This document shows, one piece after another, positions 10,509-20,639 of a stretch of 64,000 nucleotides of DNA. The position numbers were made by a program, and so were the translations under genes. Every line of letters begins with the position of its first letter. Within the stretch, counting starts at the first letter, position 1. The notes below the pieces were generated by a model, which saw only the letters and a list, made by a program, of their open reading frames with translations, searched no databases and was not told the DNA's origin. Where the stretch lies: IMG/VR virus record IMGVR_UViG_3300008107_000089, positions 868 through 64,867 of that record. The stretch is one strand, 5' to 3'. The stretch comes from a virus (Duplodnaviria; Caudoviricetes).

Positions 10509-11336
10509 ATGAAAAAAGCAGTTTTATCATTATCAGGTGGAATGGACAGTAGTTCATTATTAATCCACCTATTAGCCAATGGCTACGAAGTAACAGCATT
10601 AGGCTTCGATTATGGTCAGAAACACAAAGTAGAATTACAACGTGCAACATCGTTAGTAGAGTATCTACAATCTAAAAATCAACCAGTAACTTATCAAGTT
10701 ATTAAGTTAGATGGTTTACAACAATTACTAAACTCATCTTTAGTAACAGGTGGTGCTGATGTTCCAGAAGGACATTACGAACAAGACAACATGAAAGAAA
10801 CAGTTGTACCTAATCGTAATAAAATATTCGCATCATTAATTCAAGCAGTAGCATTATCAATTGCTACTAAAGGCGAAAAACAATCAGTAGAGATTGCAAT
10901 GGGTATTCACGCAGGTGATCATGCTATTTATCCTGATTGTAGACAAGAGTTCCGCGATGTTGATTTTGAAGCATTTAAAATTGGTAATTGGGATTCTGAA
11001 TTAGTATCAGTTACTACTCCTTATCTTCATACTGACAAGTATGGTATATTAAAAGATGGATTAGCATCATGTAATGCTCTAGGTTTAGAATTTGATGAGG
11101 TATATAAGCGTACAAATACGAGTTATAAACCGATTCAGTTAACAGAAACTCTTTGGCTGTCAGATTATAAGTCCGCAGCTTCAGTAGAACGAGTAGAAGC
11201 CTTTATTAAATTAGGCCGTCCTGATCCTGTTCAATATGGTGAAGTAATATCTGAAGGTATTAGAACCGTTAAATGGGAAGAAGTAAAAGCCGAAGTAGAA
11301 AAGGTACTAAACCAACATAAAAAAACAAACATTTAA
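10509..11336 (+). CDS. queC: 7-cyano-7-deazaguanine synthase
   Basis: SLSGGMDSS PP-loop, FDYGQKH, VPNRN, YPDCR. Confidence 0.92.
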   Translation: MKKAVLSLSGGMDSSSLLIHLLANGYEVTALGFDYGQKHKVELQRATSLVEYLQSKNQPVTYQVIKLDGLQQLLNSSLVTGGADVPEGHYEQDNMKETVVPNRNKIFASLIQAVALSIATKGEKQSVEIAMGIHAGDHAIYPDCRQEFRDVDFEAFKIGNWDSELVSVTTPYLHTDKYGILKDGLASCNALGLEFDEVYKRTNTSYKPIQLTETLWLSDYKSAASVERVEAFIKLGRPDPVQYGEVISEGIRTVKWEEVKAEVEKVLNQHKKTNI

Positions 11337-11356
11337 ACAAAAACCCAAGTATAGTT

Positions 11357-11599
11357 ATGAGTTATCAAACTAAGGTTCGTGCGAATTACCTTAACCGCAC
11401 AGCTAAATTGTCTTTCTTTACACACCGTCAACGTACGGGAGATGTTGCTCGTCTTGCTGACGAAACAGGTTACTCTGAGCGTATGATTTATTACGTAGTA
11501 CGTGGTGAGCGTCGTGTAAACAACACAATCGCTAATGCGATGTACAATTTGACTCGTCGTCGTATGAAGAACGAGGATTACATTGTAGCAACCGCTTAA
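11357..11599 (+). CDS. Small basic HTH DNA-binding protein
   Basis: VARLADETGYSERMIYYVVRG resembles a helix-turn-helix; strong CGT codon bias. Confidence 0.55.
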   Translation: MSYQTKVRANYLNRTAKLSFFTHRQRTGDVARLADETGYSERMIYYVVRGERRVNNTIANAMYNLTRRRMKNEDYIVATA

Positions 11600-11609
11600 T
11601 TAGCATCCA

Positions 11610-11643
11610 AGGTCCCAATCACTAGATGGTTGGGACCTTTTTT
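11610..11643 (+). terminator. Rho-independent terminator
   Basis: AGGTCCCAA...TTGGGACCT followed by a T run. Confidence 0.8.
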
Positions 11644-11656
11644 AAATTTAAACATT

Positions 11657-11914
11657 ATGCCTTATATATTACAATTTATTTTAGTATTCATCGCTATGAC
11701 AATAGCAGATGTATGTTGGACACTTTACTTTATCAGTGTTGATGAACGTAAATCAGTAACAGCAGGAATTTGGGGATCAGCAATTTACTTATGTGGTGCC
11801 TTTGGAGTATTATCATACACTGAAGATAAATCATTAATTATAGCTGCTGTATTAGGTTCATTTGTAGGTACCTATTTCACAGTCGAGTATAAGAAGAAAA
11901 AAGAACAAAAATAA
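11657..11914 (+). CDS. Small multi-pass membrane protein
   Basis: Three to four hydrophobic helices and a basic tail. Confidence 0.6.
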   Translation: MPYILQFILVFIAMTIADVCWTLYFISVDERKSVTAGIWGSAIYLCGAFGVLSYTEDKSLIIAAVLGSFVGTYFTVEYKKKKEQK

Positions 11915-11915
11915 T

Positions 11916-12764
11916 ATGAAAATATTGGTTACAGGAGGAGCAGGTTTTATAGGTACTAATCTTATAAAATTACTAGTTCAAGAAGGCCACGAAGTTGAAT
12001 CATTAGACAACTATGATAGTGGTACTCAAAATAACCATATAGACGGTTGTAATTATCACTTCGGTGATGTTAGAGCAATTGGAGCTGGTATAGATAGAAA
12101 TTACAAATTAATTTACCATCTAGCTGGACTAAGCAGAATACAACCATCATTCGTAAACCCACTTGATACGTTTGAAGCAAATACAGTTGGAACTCAAGAA
12201 GTATGTGAATTTGCAAGAGAAATAAAAGCAAAAGTAGTATACTCAGGTTCATCTTCTCGTTGGCATAACCCATACCAATCACCTTATGCTTGCTATAAGC
12301 ATCTGGGAGAAGAAATATGTAAAATGTATAGAACATCATTTGGTGTTGATATTGAAATTGCTAGATTTTACAATGTTTACGGCCCCTATGAAATAGTAGA
12401 CGGGGATTGGGCGGCAGTTATTGGTATTTGGAGAAAACAAGTAAGAGATAGCCACCCACTTACTATAGTTGGAGATGGAGAGCAACGTAGAGACTTTACT
12501 CATGTTGATGATATAGTAGATGGGCTATATAAAATAGGAATGAGTAATGAAAAACATGAAGATGCATGGGAATTGGGAACAGGTAAAAATTATTCTATAA
12601 ACGAGGTAGCAAATATGTTTGTTGAAAGATTTGGATGTGAATTGAAGTATATTCCAAACCAAAAAGGAAACTACAGAGAAACACTACGAGAAAACAATGA
12701 TGCTATGGAGCGTTTAGGATGGAAACCATCAGACAAATTAGAACAATATATTAAATCGTTATGA
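11916..12764 (+). CDS. NAD-dependent epimerase/dehydratase
   Basis: LVTGGAGFIG, YACYK (YxxxK), RFYNVYGP, RDFTHVDD. Confidence 0.9.
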   Translation: MKILVTGGAGFIGTNLIKLLVQEGHEVESLDNYDSGTQNNHIDGCNYHFGDVRAIGAGIDRNYKLIYHLAGLSRIQPSFVNPLDTFEANTVGTQEVCEFAREIKAKVVYSGSSSRWHNPYQSPYACYKHLGEEICKMYRTSFGVDIEIARFYNVYGPYEIVDGDWAAVIGIWRKQVRDSHPLTIVGDGEQRRDFTHVDDIVDGLYKIGMSNEKHEDAWELGTGKNYSINEVANMFVERFGCELKYIPNQKGNYRETLRENNDAMERLGWKPSDKLEQYIKSL

Positions 12765-12884
12765 AATGCATGAAATAGTTCACGTATTAGGTATTTGTGG
12801 GGATAAACACCCAAGCATTATACTCATTCTTTCGGAATGGCATAATTTTAGTCCTATATTTAATTACATAAAAACAATATTGAA

Positions 12885-13730
12885 ATGAGTAAAATAGATC
12901 CACACAAACTACTTATCAGTAGTGATTTCTACAGTGTACAGGGTGAAGGAATATCATCAGGTGTACCATCATATTTCGTGCGTTTAGGTATTTGTAACCT
13001 AACTTGCGGTATGAGTAGAGCATTCGCTAATAAATTAGCCAAAGAACAAACATTAGAAGATGGTGAAATATTTGTAGGTGATCTTCATGCTGAAGGTAAA
13101 GCAACATGGACTTGTGACTCTACAAGCCAATGGTTGTGGAGAGGTGAAGATAAAGAGTTCCAATATCTAATTGATCGTTGGAAAGAACAAGGTATCTACG
13201 AAGATATTTTAAACGGTAATATTCATATTATCTGGACTGGTGGTGAACCTACAATTAAAGGACACCAAGAAGCAATCCTTAATTTTATTTCATATTGGAC
13301 AGAACAAGAGGGTGGATATGGTAATTTACCTCTTAAATATGTTTATAATGAAATTGAAACAAATGGTACTGTAGTAATTGACAGCCTATTTAACCATATT
13401 GATCAAATCAACTGCTCACCTAAGTTAGCAAACTCAGGTATGACTGAGAAGCAACGTATTAATCCTGAAGCTATTAAAAGAATAATGCAACATGATAACT
13501 ACCAATTCAAATTTGTTATTTCGACTGAGGAAGATGTACAAGAATTATTCCGTGACTTTGTTGTACCATTTAGCATACCTCTTAAAAATGTAGTGTGTAT
13601 GCCTGGTTTAGATGATCAAGATGACTTCCATGAACGTACTAATTTCGTTTTAGAAATGGCTAAGATCTACAAATTTAGAGGCCTTACTCGTTTACATATC
13701 TCAGCTTGGAATAAAACATTAAACGTATAA
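12885..13730 (+). CDS. queE: 7-carboxy-7-deazaguanine synthase (radical SAM)
   Basis: FYSVQGEG, FVRLGICNLTC...WTCDS with an insertion in the CxxxCxxC motif, TGGEP, ETNG, SPKL. Confidence 0.88.
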   Translation: MSKIDPHKLLISSDFYSVQGEGISSGVPSYFVRLGICNLTCGMSRAFANKLAKEQTLEDGEIFVGDLHAEGKATWTCDSTSQWLWRGEDKEFQYLIDRWKEQGIYEDILNGNIHIIWTGGEPTIKGHQEAILNFISYWTEQEGGYGNLPLKYVYNEIETNGTVVIDSLFNHIDQINCSPKLANSGMTEKQRINPEAIKRIMQHDNYQFKFVISTEEDVQELFRDFVVPFSIPLKNVVCMPGLDDQDDFHERTNFVLEMAKIYKFRGLTRLHISAWNKTLNV

Positions 13731-14245
13731 TATGGGAACAGTTATTTTTATATTAGTAATATTTTTAATTGGTGTTACTATCTACGGTGTTGTAGATGTA
13801 TTTAAACAAATAAATAAACTAAAATAATATGCTAAAGTATAAAATAATGGGTGAACGTACCCTAGTAGAAGCTTGGAGTTACATCGTTTAAGCAGATGAT
13901 GTTGATCAAGCAATTGAAATGGTTGAAGAATGTCCTGATGGATATTGTGAAGGAATTGAACGTTTAGATGATGATCAGTGTTATGAAGATAGTACTGAAT
14001 TTTCATTCTTAGAGGAAATTGAGGAACCAAAACCAAAGAAAAAGGCTAATCCAAAACAGATGAATGGAAAGAAAAGTGACGAGCCATTCAAAAAAACTAG
14101 AAAAAAGAAATAATATGAAAAACAAATTAACAAAAATTTTAGAAACTGTGGGATATCTTTTGGCAATTGGGTTTGGATTTACTATCTTGTACTTTGGATT
14201 TCAAATGTTAGAAACAGCATTCAAAGCAATTTTTAAATAATATAT

Positions 14246-14479
14246 ATGGCAAAAGATCATTGCATAATGTGTGGTGTAGAAACACCATACGATTTCGAAA
14301 CCCATATTGATCTGAGAATCGGATACATTGAAGGTGCAGGTCAATTATGTAGTAAATGTTATAACCAAGGTAGTAATAATCGTCACTTTACTGTACCTGA
14401 TTGGTTAGTAGAAAATTATCCTAACGACCAAGAGTTGGGGAGCAAAGTAAGAGAAATATATTGGGAAAGTAAAAACTAA
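14246..14479 (+). CDS. Small zinc-binding hypothetical protein
   Basis: CIMC...CSKC. Confidence 0.55.
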   Translation: MAKDHCIMCGVETPYDFETHIDLRIGYIEGAGQLCSKCYNQGSNNRHFTVPDWLVENYPNDQELGSKVREIYWESKN

Positions 14480-14482
14480 AAT

Positions 14483-15115
14483 ATGGAATTATTAAAGAAA
14501 TCAAATGGTAGTTTAGCTCGTACACCAGAACAAATCGAGCAAATGATTGATAAAGCAGCTGAAGCGTATGGTCAATTCCTCAATGCAGTAGGATTCGATT
14601 ATACAGCTGATAGACAAACAGTAGATACACCAAGACGTGTTGCTAAAGCATGGCTTAAAGATTTGATCGTAGGTAGTATTACAGACGAACCAAACATTAC
14701 AGTATTCCCTAATGATGAGGGATATAATGGATTAGTAATCCAATCAGGTATTCCTATCGTTAGTATGTGTGCTCACCACAATCTAGCATTTACAGGTTAT
14801 GCTACATTAGCATATGTTCCTGGTGAAAATGTAATTGGATTGAGTAAATTAAATCGCATTGTTGAATGGTTCTCACGTAGACCACAAATGCAAGAATCAT
14901 TAACACAACAAATTCACGATTATCTAGCTACCAAAATGGATTGTCCATCTGTAGCAGTTAGTATCGCTTGTAAACACACTTGTTGCTCACACAGAGGTAT
15001 TAAACATCCATCTGTAATGACTACAAATAAATTTAGTGGTGTGTTTATGGAAAAGGATAATTTAATTCGTGAAGAATTCTTACACGCAATTGAAGTAAAT
15101 GGAACAAAGTTTTAA
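14483..15115 (+). CDS. folE: GTP cyclohydrolase I
   Basis: TPRRVAK, SMCAHH, GLSKLNR, RRPQMQE, HTCCSHRG. Confidence 0.93.
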   Translation: MELLKKSNGSLARTPEQIEQMIDKAAEAYGQFLNAVGFDYTADRQTVDTPRRVAKAWLKDLIVGSITDEPNITVFPNDEGYNGLVIQSGIPIVSMCAHHNLAFTGYATLAYVPGENVIGLSKLNRIVEWFSRRPQMQESLTQQIHDYLATKMDCPSVAVSIACKHTCCSHRGIKHPSVMTTNKFSGVFMEKDNLIREEFLHAIEVNGTKF

Positions 15116-15524
15116 TAAACGATTTATTACTTGGAGAGATATTGATGATGCAGTTGAAAGATTAGCAATCAATATCACAAACAGTAATATTGAAATAGCT
15201 GCTGTTGGAGGTCTACCTCGAGGAGGTTTGATCCCAGCAGTAATGCTATCTCATAAATTAATAATACCCTTCGTATCCCAAGCTAATATAGCTGGAGTAG
15301 TAGGTAATATTCTAGTTGTAGATGATATTTGTGATTCAGGTAAAACATTAAAACGATTTAAGTTCGAAGATAGTGTTTACACTGCTACATTACATTATAA
15401 ATCAACATCGGAATATGAACCTAATTTCTGGTGGAAATTAGCTCCAACAAATGAATGGATAGTTTATCCGTGGGAGAGAGAAGATTCAAATACAATAGCA
15501 GACTATGCAGTTAAAGGAAAGTAA
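15099..15524 (+). CDS. Type I phosphoribosyltransferase (Gpt-like)
   Basis: LPRGGLIPA, LVVDDICDSGKT PRPP-binding loop, WIVYPWE. Confidence 0.85.
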   Translation: MEQSFNKRFITWRDIDDAVERLAINITNSNIEIAAVGGLPRGGLIPAVMLSHKLIIPFVSQANIAGVVGNILVVDDICDSGKTLKRFKFEDSVYTATLHYKSTSEYEPNFWWKLAPTNEWIVYPWEREDSNTIADYAVKGK

Positions 15525-15687
15525 AACAAATTGGCATTTTAGAATCAGTATAGCTAAATCAGTAGTAAGAATATTAGCTGGATTAGCTTTAATGTGTGTT
15601 GACGGATGGTATTTTAATGCCGCTGGGGGATTATTAGTTGGAGCTGAAGTACTTGGAATATTAGAAGAATTTTAATACATTTATATT

Positions 15688-16215
15688 ATGTTAAACGCAC
15701 AACAAATTTTAGACGAAGGACTACTTAAGCTAGAACATAGCAAAGGTAAAGTAGCACAGGTAGGATATGATCTTACACTTAAAGCAGTAAATAAAGTAGG
15801 AAATAAAATAGGAGGTAACGTTTATGCTCCTGGCCCAATTGGTAAGGTTTTAAAAGATAAAACCCAACTAACTACCTATTCTCCATTGGATACTATTAAT
15901 TTAGATGGTGTAGAGGGTTGGATGTTACATCCACATACGTACGATATTACATTTTGGGAAGGTTGTAAAATACCAGAAAACCGTGTAGCATTTATTAAGC
16001 AACGTTCATCACTTTGGAGAAACGGTGCATTAATTAATTCACCTGTATTTGATCCTGGATTCGAAACCGAATTTATGGGTACAATTATGATGGTTACTGA
16101 ACCAATATTCATTGAAAAGGATGCCCGTGTAGCCCAAATATATTTCCATGAATGCGACCCAGCAGAGAAATATGACGGACAGTGGCAAAACGATAAACAA
16201 AGAAATTCATTATAA
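15688..16215 (+). CDS. dCTP deaminase / dUTPase family protein
   Basis: GYDLTL, QRSSLWRNG, VFDPGF, RVAQI, YDGQWQ. Confidence 0.8.
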   Translation: MLNAQQILDEGLLKLEHSKGKVAQVGYDLTLKAVNKVGNKIGGNVYAPGPIGKVLKDKTQLTTYSPLDTINLDGVEGWMLHPHTYDITFWEGCKIPENRVAFIKQRSSLWRNGALINSPVFDPGFETEFMGTIMMVTEPIFIEKDARVAQIYFHECDPAEKYDGQWQNDKQRNSL

Positions 16216-16218
16216 AAA

Positions 16219-16242
16219 GTGGGAGTCAAAGACTCCCATTTT
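16219..16242 (+). terminator. Hairpin / putative terminator
   Basis: TGGGAGTC-AAA-GACTCCCA followed by TTTT. Confidence 0.65.
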
Positions 16243-16253
16243 ACATTTAGGGT

Positions 16254-18833
16254 ATGTATCAAGCAATTTATTACGATAGGGAAACCTATACATTTCATTT
16301 ACGTGACGATAAGACTGGTTGGAGCGAATTTAAATATAATCGTCCACGCTATCGAATAGACCCTAATGGGGATTTTCCAACATTAGATGGTAAACGAGCT
16401 AATTTAGTAACCAAATATGATTGGAAGGATAATTCATTATATGAATCTGATCTAGATGCTTACACAGCAGTGTTAATTGATAGATATAGAGACAGTGATG
16501 ATACCGCTGAATGGCAAAACATAGTTTATCTAGATATTGAGTGTGAAATTGCAGGCGCATTAACACCAGAATTAATTAAAAACGCTCCTACTAAGATAAC
16601 ATCAATATCAGTTTATGATGTTACAACTAAAAAATATTACTGTTTAATCTTAGATGAAAAACAACAACTACAAACAGTAAATGAAGAAAATAGAGCGATC
16701 ATTCCATTTGCTCATGAACATGATTTATTACATTCGTTCCTTAATCTATGGGAACAATTAGATCCAACAATCATTTCAGGTTGGAATAGTGAATATTTCG
16801 ATATTCCATTCTTATATTACCGAATAGAAAATCAATTAGGTACTGGTTATGCTAAACGTTTATCTCCAATAGGTAAAGTTAAGTTTGCTCAATACATGAA
16901 TGATGCTCCTGTAGAACTAGGAGGATTAAATCATCTTGATTACATGTTGTTATATAAAAAATATAACCCAAAACAAGAGGAATCTTACAAATTAGGTGAT
17001 ATTGGAACTAAATATGTTAATCTAGGTAAAGTAGAATATGAAGGTAATTTAGATAGATTATTCAATGATGATATAAATAAGTTCATTGAATATAACCTTC
17101 GCGACGTAGAAATTCTAATTGAATTAGAAAAGAAATTCAAATTTATCGAATTAACGATTGCAATTTGTCATCTATGTCATGTGCCTTATGAACAAATATA
17201 CCTATCAACAGCATTAAATGATGGAGCTATATTAACATACCTAAAACGTCAGGGTATAGTTTCACCTAATAAACCAACTACTATTCGTCCTTCATTATAT
17301 GAAGCTAAGGAAGAATATGCTGGTGGATACTTAAAAGACCCAGTACCAGGATTATATGAATGGGTTATTGACCTTGACTTTACGTCGTTGTATCCGTCTA
17401 TTATACGTTCACTTAATATTGGTATTGAAACATACATTGGCCGTATTGTTAATAATGACAAATATGACAATAACTGGACATTGGATGATCTAAAGAAAAT
17501 GGATCCTGAGCAATTAATTACTCTTGAAAAACTAAATGATGATAAAACTACTAACCAAAACCAAGTGTCAGTGGCTAAAATTATTCAGTTTATTGAGAAT
17601 GGAAGTATATTAGTTGCAGCATCAGGAGCACTATTCAGAACAGATCGCTCATCAGTAGTATGTGATGTACTAACTGATTGGTTTAATAAGCGTGTTGAAT
17701 ATAAGAATCTAATGAAGAAAGCCTATAAAGCAGGTGATGCTGTTAAAGGCGAATTCTACAATCGACGTCAACATGCTTACAAAATTAAATTAAATGACGT
17801 TTATGGTTGTTATGCTATTAATGGCTGGCGCTATACTGATGGTCATAAAATCATATCTAAAGCTATTACATTAACTGGTCAGCGTGTAACACAAGAATCG
17901 ATTAAATTCGTTAATGAATGGATGAATAATAGATTAGGTACAACAGGTAAAGATTATGTTGTTACTTCAGATACCGATTCATTATTTATTCAGGTTAAGG
18001 ATTTAGCACTTAGAAGACATCCAGAGCTTGCTACAGCAGGTAGAGATGAATGGACTAGAGTAATTTTAGAGATTGCCTCTGAAATTCAACAAGCAGCAAA
18101 TGCTAATATTGATCGTGTAACTAGAGAGTATTTCAATGTTAAAGAGCGTACTCACTACTTTGAATTAAAGCAAGAGGTGATATTGGAAAGAGGTTACTTT
18201 GCCGGTAAACGTCGTTACGCTATGTTTATTGTAAATAAAGAAGGTGTACCTGTTGAGGAATTAGATATGAAGGGTCTTGATCTAATGAAGTCAAATATGA
18301 CTCCAATGTATCGTAAATTTGGAGAAAGCTTAATCAAACAGATAATGTTTGGTACTGCTAAATCAGAAATTGATAAACGTATACTTGATTTTAAAAAGCA
18401 CGTTAAAACAATTCCAATAGCAGAAATTGCTAAACCAACAGGAGTAAAACAAATCCGTTCATATATTGAGCGCAAACCAGGAGCAGGTGAAATATTCTCA
18501 CATTTGAAACTAAAAGCACCAATCAACACTAAAGCAGCTATATGGTACAATGATTTACTACGATTTAAAAGATTAGATAAACAATACCCATGTTTCACTG
18601 AAGGTGATAAAATGAAATATATTCAATTAAAAGCAAATCCATATAAAATTGACGTTATTGGGTTTACAGGTAATGACCCTGATTTCATCAACCAATTTAT
18701 TGAGCAGTACGCAGACAGAGATGAGGGATTTGAAGCAACGTTGATGAATAAATTGATAGGTATCTATGAGGATTTAGGTTGGGACTTTCCATCAATGCAC
18801 GAAAAGGCAGGTAAATTCTTTAAGTTTGGATAG
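16254..18833 (+). CDS. Family B DNA polymerase with 3'-5' exonuclease
   Basis: YLDIE (ExoI), GWNSEYFDIP, YNLRDV, DLDFTSLYPS, KIKLNDVYG, SDTDS, KRRY. Confidence 0.95.
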   Translation: MYQAIYYDRETYTFHLRDDKTGWSEFKYNRPRYRIDPNGDFPTLDGKRANLVTKYDWKDNSLYESDLDAYTAVLIDRYRDSDDTAEWQNIVYLDIECEIAGALTPELIKNAPTKITSISVYDVTTKKYYCLILDEKQQLQTVNEENRAIIPFAHEHDLLHSFLNLWEQLDPTIISGWNSEYFDIPFLYYRIENQLGTGYAKRLSPIGKVKFAQYMNDAPVELGGLNHLDYMLLYKKYNPKQEESYKLGDIGTKYVNLGKVEYEGNLDRLFNDDINKFIEYNLRDVEILIELEKKFKFIELTIAICHLCHVPYEQIYLSTALNDGAILTYLKRQGIVSPNKPTTIRPSLYEAKEEYAGGYLKDPVPGLYEWVIDLDFTSLYPSIIRSLNIGIETYIGRIVNNDKYDNNWTLDDLKKMDPEQLITLEKLNDDKTTNQNQVSVAKIIQFIENGSILVAASGALFRTDRSSVVCDVLTDWFNKRVEYKNLMKKAYKAGDAVKGEFYNRRQHAYKIKLNDVYGCYAINGWRYTDGHKIISKAITLTGQRVTQESIKFVNEWMNNRLGTTGKDYVVTSDTDSLFIQVKDLALRRHPELATAGRDEWTRVILEIASEIQQAANANIDRVTREYFNVKERTHYFELKQEVILERGYFAGKRRYAMFIVNKEGVPVEELDMKGLDLMKSNMTPMYRKFGESLIKQIMFGTAKSEIDKRILDFKKHVKTIPIAEIAKPTGVKQIRSYIERKPGAGEIFSHLKLKAPINTKAAIWYNDLLRFKRLDKQYPCFTEGDKMKYIQLKANPYKIDVIGFTGNDPDFINQFIEQYADRDEGFEATLMNKLIGIYEDLGWDFPSMHEKAGKFFKFG

Positions 18834-18860
18834 TCACAATAGAAATCGTATATTTACTTT

Positions 18861-19196
18861 ATGAAAATAGTTTATGCATTACTGTTGAGCCTACTCGCCC
18901 AAGTTATCTCATTTATTCAGTTACAAGGGCAAATGGCATGGAAATTCCCTAAGGAAAATCCATATATTATGATGTTGCTTGGATTACCAATCTCATTGAT
19001 ATTCATTAAAACGACTAAAATATTCAATGAAGCGTTTGATGCTAATTGGCCTGGTAGATTAATAGGCTTTGGGATCGGAGTAATTGTATTTACCGTTATG
19101 AGTTGGTTTATATTTAAAGAGCATCCAACTCCTAAAACATTAACGTGTTTAGGGTTAGCATTTACTATTGTTGTATTACAAATATTTTGGAAATAA
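18861..19196 (+). CDS. Small membrane protein (SMR/EamA-like topology)
   Basis: Four hydrophobic helices; preceded by the promoter motif at 18847. Confidence 0.55.
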   Translation: MKIVYALLLSLLAQVISFIQLQGQMAWKFPKENPYIMMLLGLPISLIFIKTTKIFNEAFDANWPGRLIGFGIGVIVFTVMSWFIFKEHPTPKTLTCLGLAFTIVVLQIFWK

Positions 19197-19197
19197 T

Positions 19198-19923
19198 ATG
19201 GAAAAACAATCATTCGTTTCGTTAATTAACAAATACTATTTAGATGGTGTTGGTGAAAAAGTAAGATGGAGTGTTAAAGATAAACAAGCCACTATTAAAA
19301 CATTCTCTGCTACTAAAGATATGGTAGGGATGGTAACAGGTGAGGTTGAATTACCCGATAGTGAATTTGTGATATTTGATACTAGTAAATTTTTAAAGCT
19401 AGTGGGCATTTGCAACCAATTCCTTACTACGGATATACAATTTCAAAACAACATCGCCACTAAAATATTAGTAGCCGATAATGAATATAACCTTGAGTAT
19501 GCGCTTGCTAATTTGATGCTTGCACCTCAAGTAAACTTTACAGTTGAGGACTTTGAATCGCATTATTCATTTTCAATTGATAATGACTTCATCAACAGAT
19601 GGATTAAAGCTAAAAAAGCATTAAGTAGTGCTTATTGCTCTATCCAACAAATAGAGGGAGAAACAGGCCCATTGATTGAATTTACCTTAGGTGAATTAGA
19701 AGGTCACACTAATAAAATTGTATTTACAGAAACACCCGCATCACATATTCCCGAACAACAACCAACAATGTTGCAATTCAATGCAGATTATTTGAAATCT
19801 ATATTTGATGCTAACTATGGAACAACAGGAATCATGTTTATCAATAATGAGGGTGCTATGAAGTTGGATTTTGAAAGTGAAGATGGACAAAAAGCCTCTT
19901 ATGTGATTCTAGCGAAAGTGTAA
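19198..19923 (+). CDS. Sliding clamp (gp45/PCNA-like)
   Basis: About 240 aa beta-rich protein near polB and clamp loader; FNADYLK and C-terminal YVILAK resemble clamps. Confidence 0.6.
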   Translation: MEKQSFVSLINKYYLDGVGEKVRWSVKDKQATIKTFSATKDMVGMVTGEVELPDSEFVIFDTSKFLKLVGICNQFLTTDIQFQNNIATKILVADNEYNLEYALANLMLAPQVNFTVEDFESHYSFSIDNDFINRWIKAKKALSSAYCSIQQIEGETGPLIEFTLGELEGHTNKIVFTETPASHIPEQQPTMLQFNADYLKSIFDANYGTTGIMFINNEGAMKLDFESEDGQKASYVILAKV

Positions 19924-20009
19924 GCTCGTATATATTTATATTTGAGATACTTGACAGGTCTCATTTATTAAATAACCGCTTACCTTAGGGAAGCACAAAC
20001 ATTAAGAAC

Positions 20010-20591
20010 ATGACAATGAAAACAAACTTTGGAGACATCCCTGTCACTTTAGAAGGACAGATGTTTAACACAACAGGAACCTCAACATTTGCTATTGGAG
20101 GAACCTCACCACTAACATTCGCTAATAGTGGCATCACATCAACTTGGACATCAGCTCCACCAACTTACAACGATTTCTGGAACTTTAATGAAGAATTTGA
20201 TTTACTGTGGAAGTCATTCTTTGATAGTAACTCTGGATACAAGCCGATAAAGGAAAAAGTGGCTAGTATTCCGTGTGATATCCAAGAAACTGAGAATGGC
20301 TTGCTAATTGAAATTGCGGCAGTTGGGTTGGATAAAGAAGACCTAGACATAATTGTGGATTCAGAAACACTACGTGTTGCTTACCGCAAAACAGAAAAAG
20401 AAGAAGAAGATGAGAAAAACGAGTATAGATACTTGTTACGCTCAATTAAAAAAGCAAGCTTCGATATTGGAATTAAAATTTCTAGTAAGTATGACTTACA
20501 GAAAATGGAAGCAAAATTAGAAAAAGGATTATTGATTTTAGATGTTCCTTTTGCTAAAGAAAATAAACCTAAAAAAGTTACGATTAAATAG
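20010..20591 (+). CDS. Small heat-shock protein (Hsp20)
   Basis: Alpha-crystallin domain: DIQETENGLLIEIAAVG...AKLEKGLLILDVP. Confidence 0.85.
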   Translation: MTMKTNFGDIPVTLEGQMFNTTGTSTFAIGGTSPLTFANSGITSTWTSAPPTYNDFWNFNEEFDLLWKSFFDSNSGYKPIKEKVASIPCDIQETENGLLIEIAAVGLDKEDLDIIVDSETLRVAYRKTEKEEEDEKNEYRYLLRSIKKASFDIGIKISSKYDLQKMEAKLEKGLLILDVPFAKENKPKKVTIK

Positions 20592-20639
20592 TTTTGAAAA
20601 CCGAAGACCTGTCAGTATCTTCATTTAACAAGTTATAAT

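Noticed and set aside
6307-18833. Inteins or group I introns in nrdJ or polB
   Set aside because: Both ORFs are continuous, of ordinary length, and lack intein or homing-endonuclease motifs.
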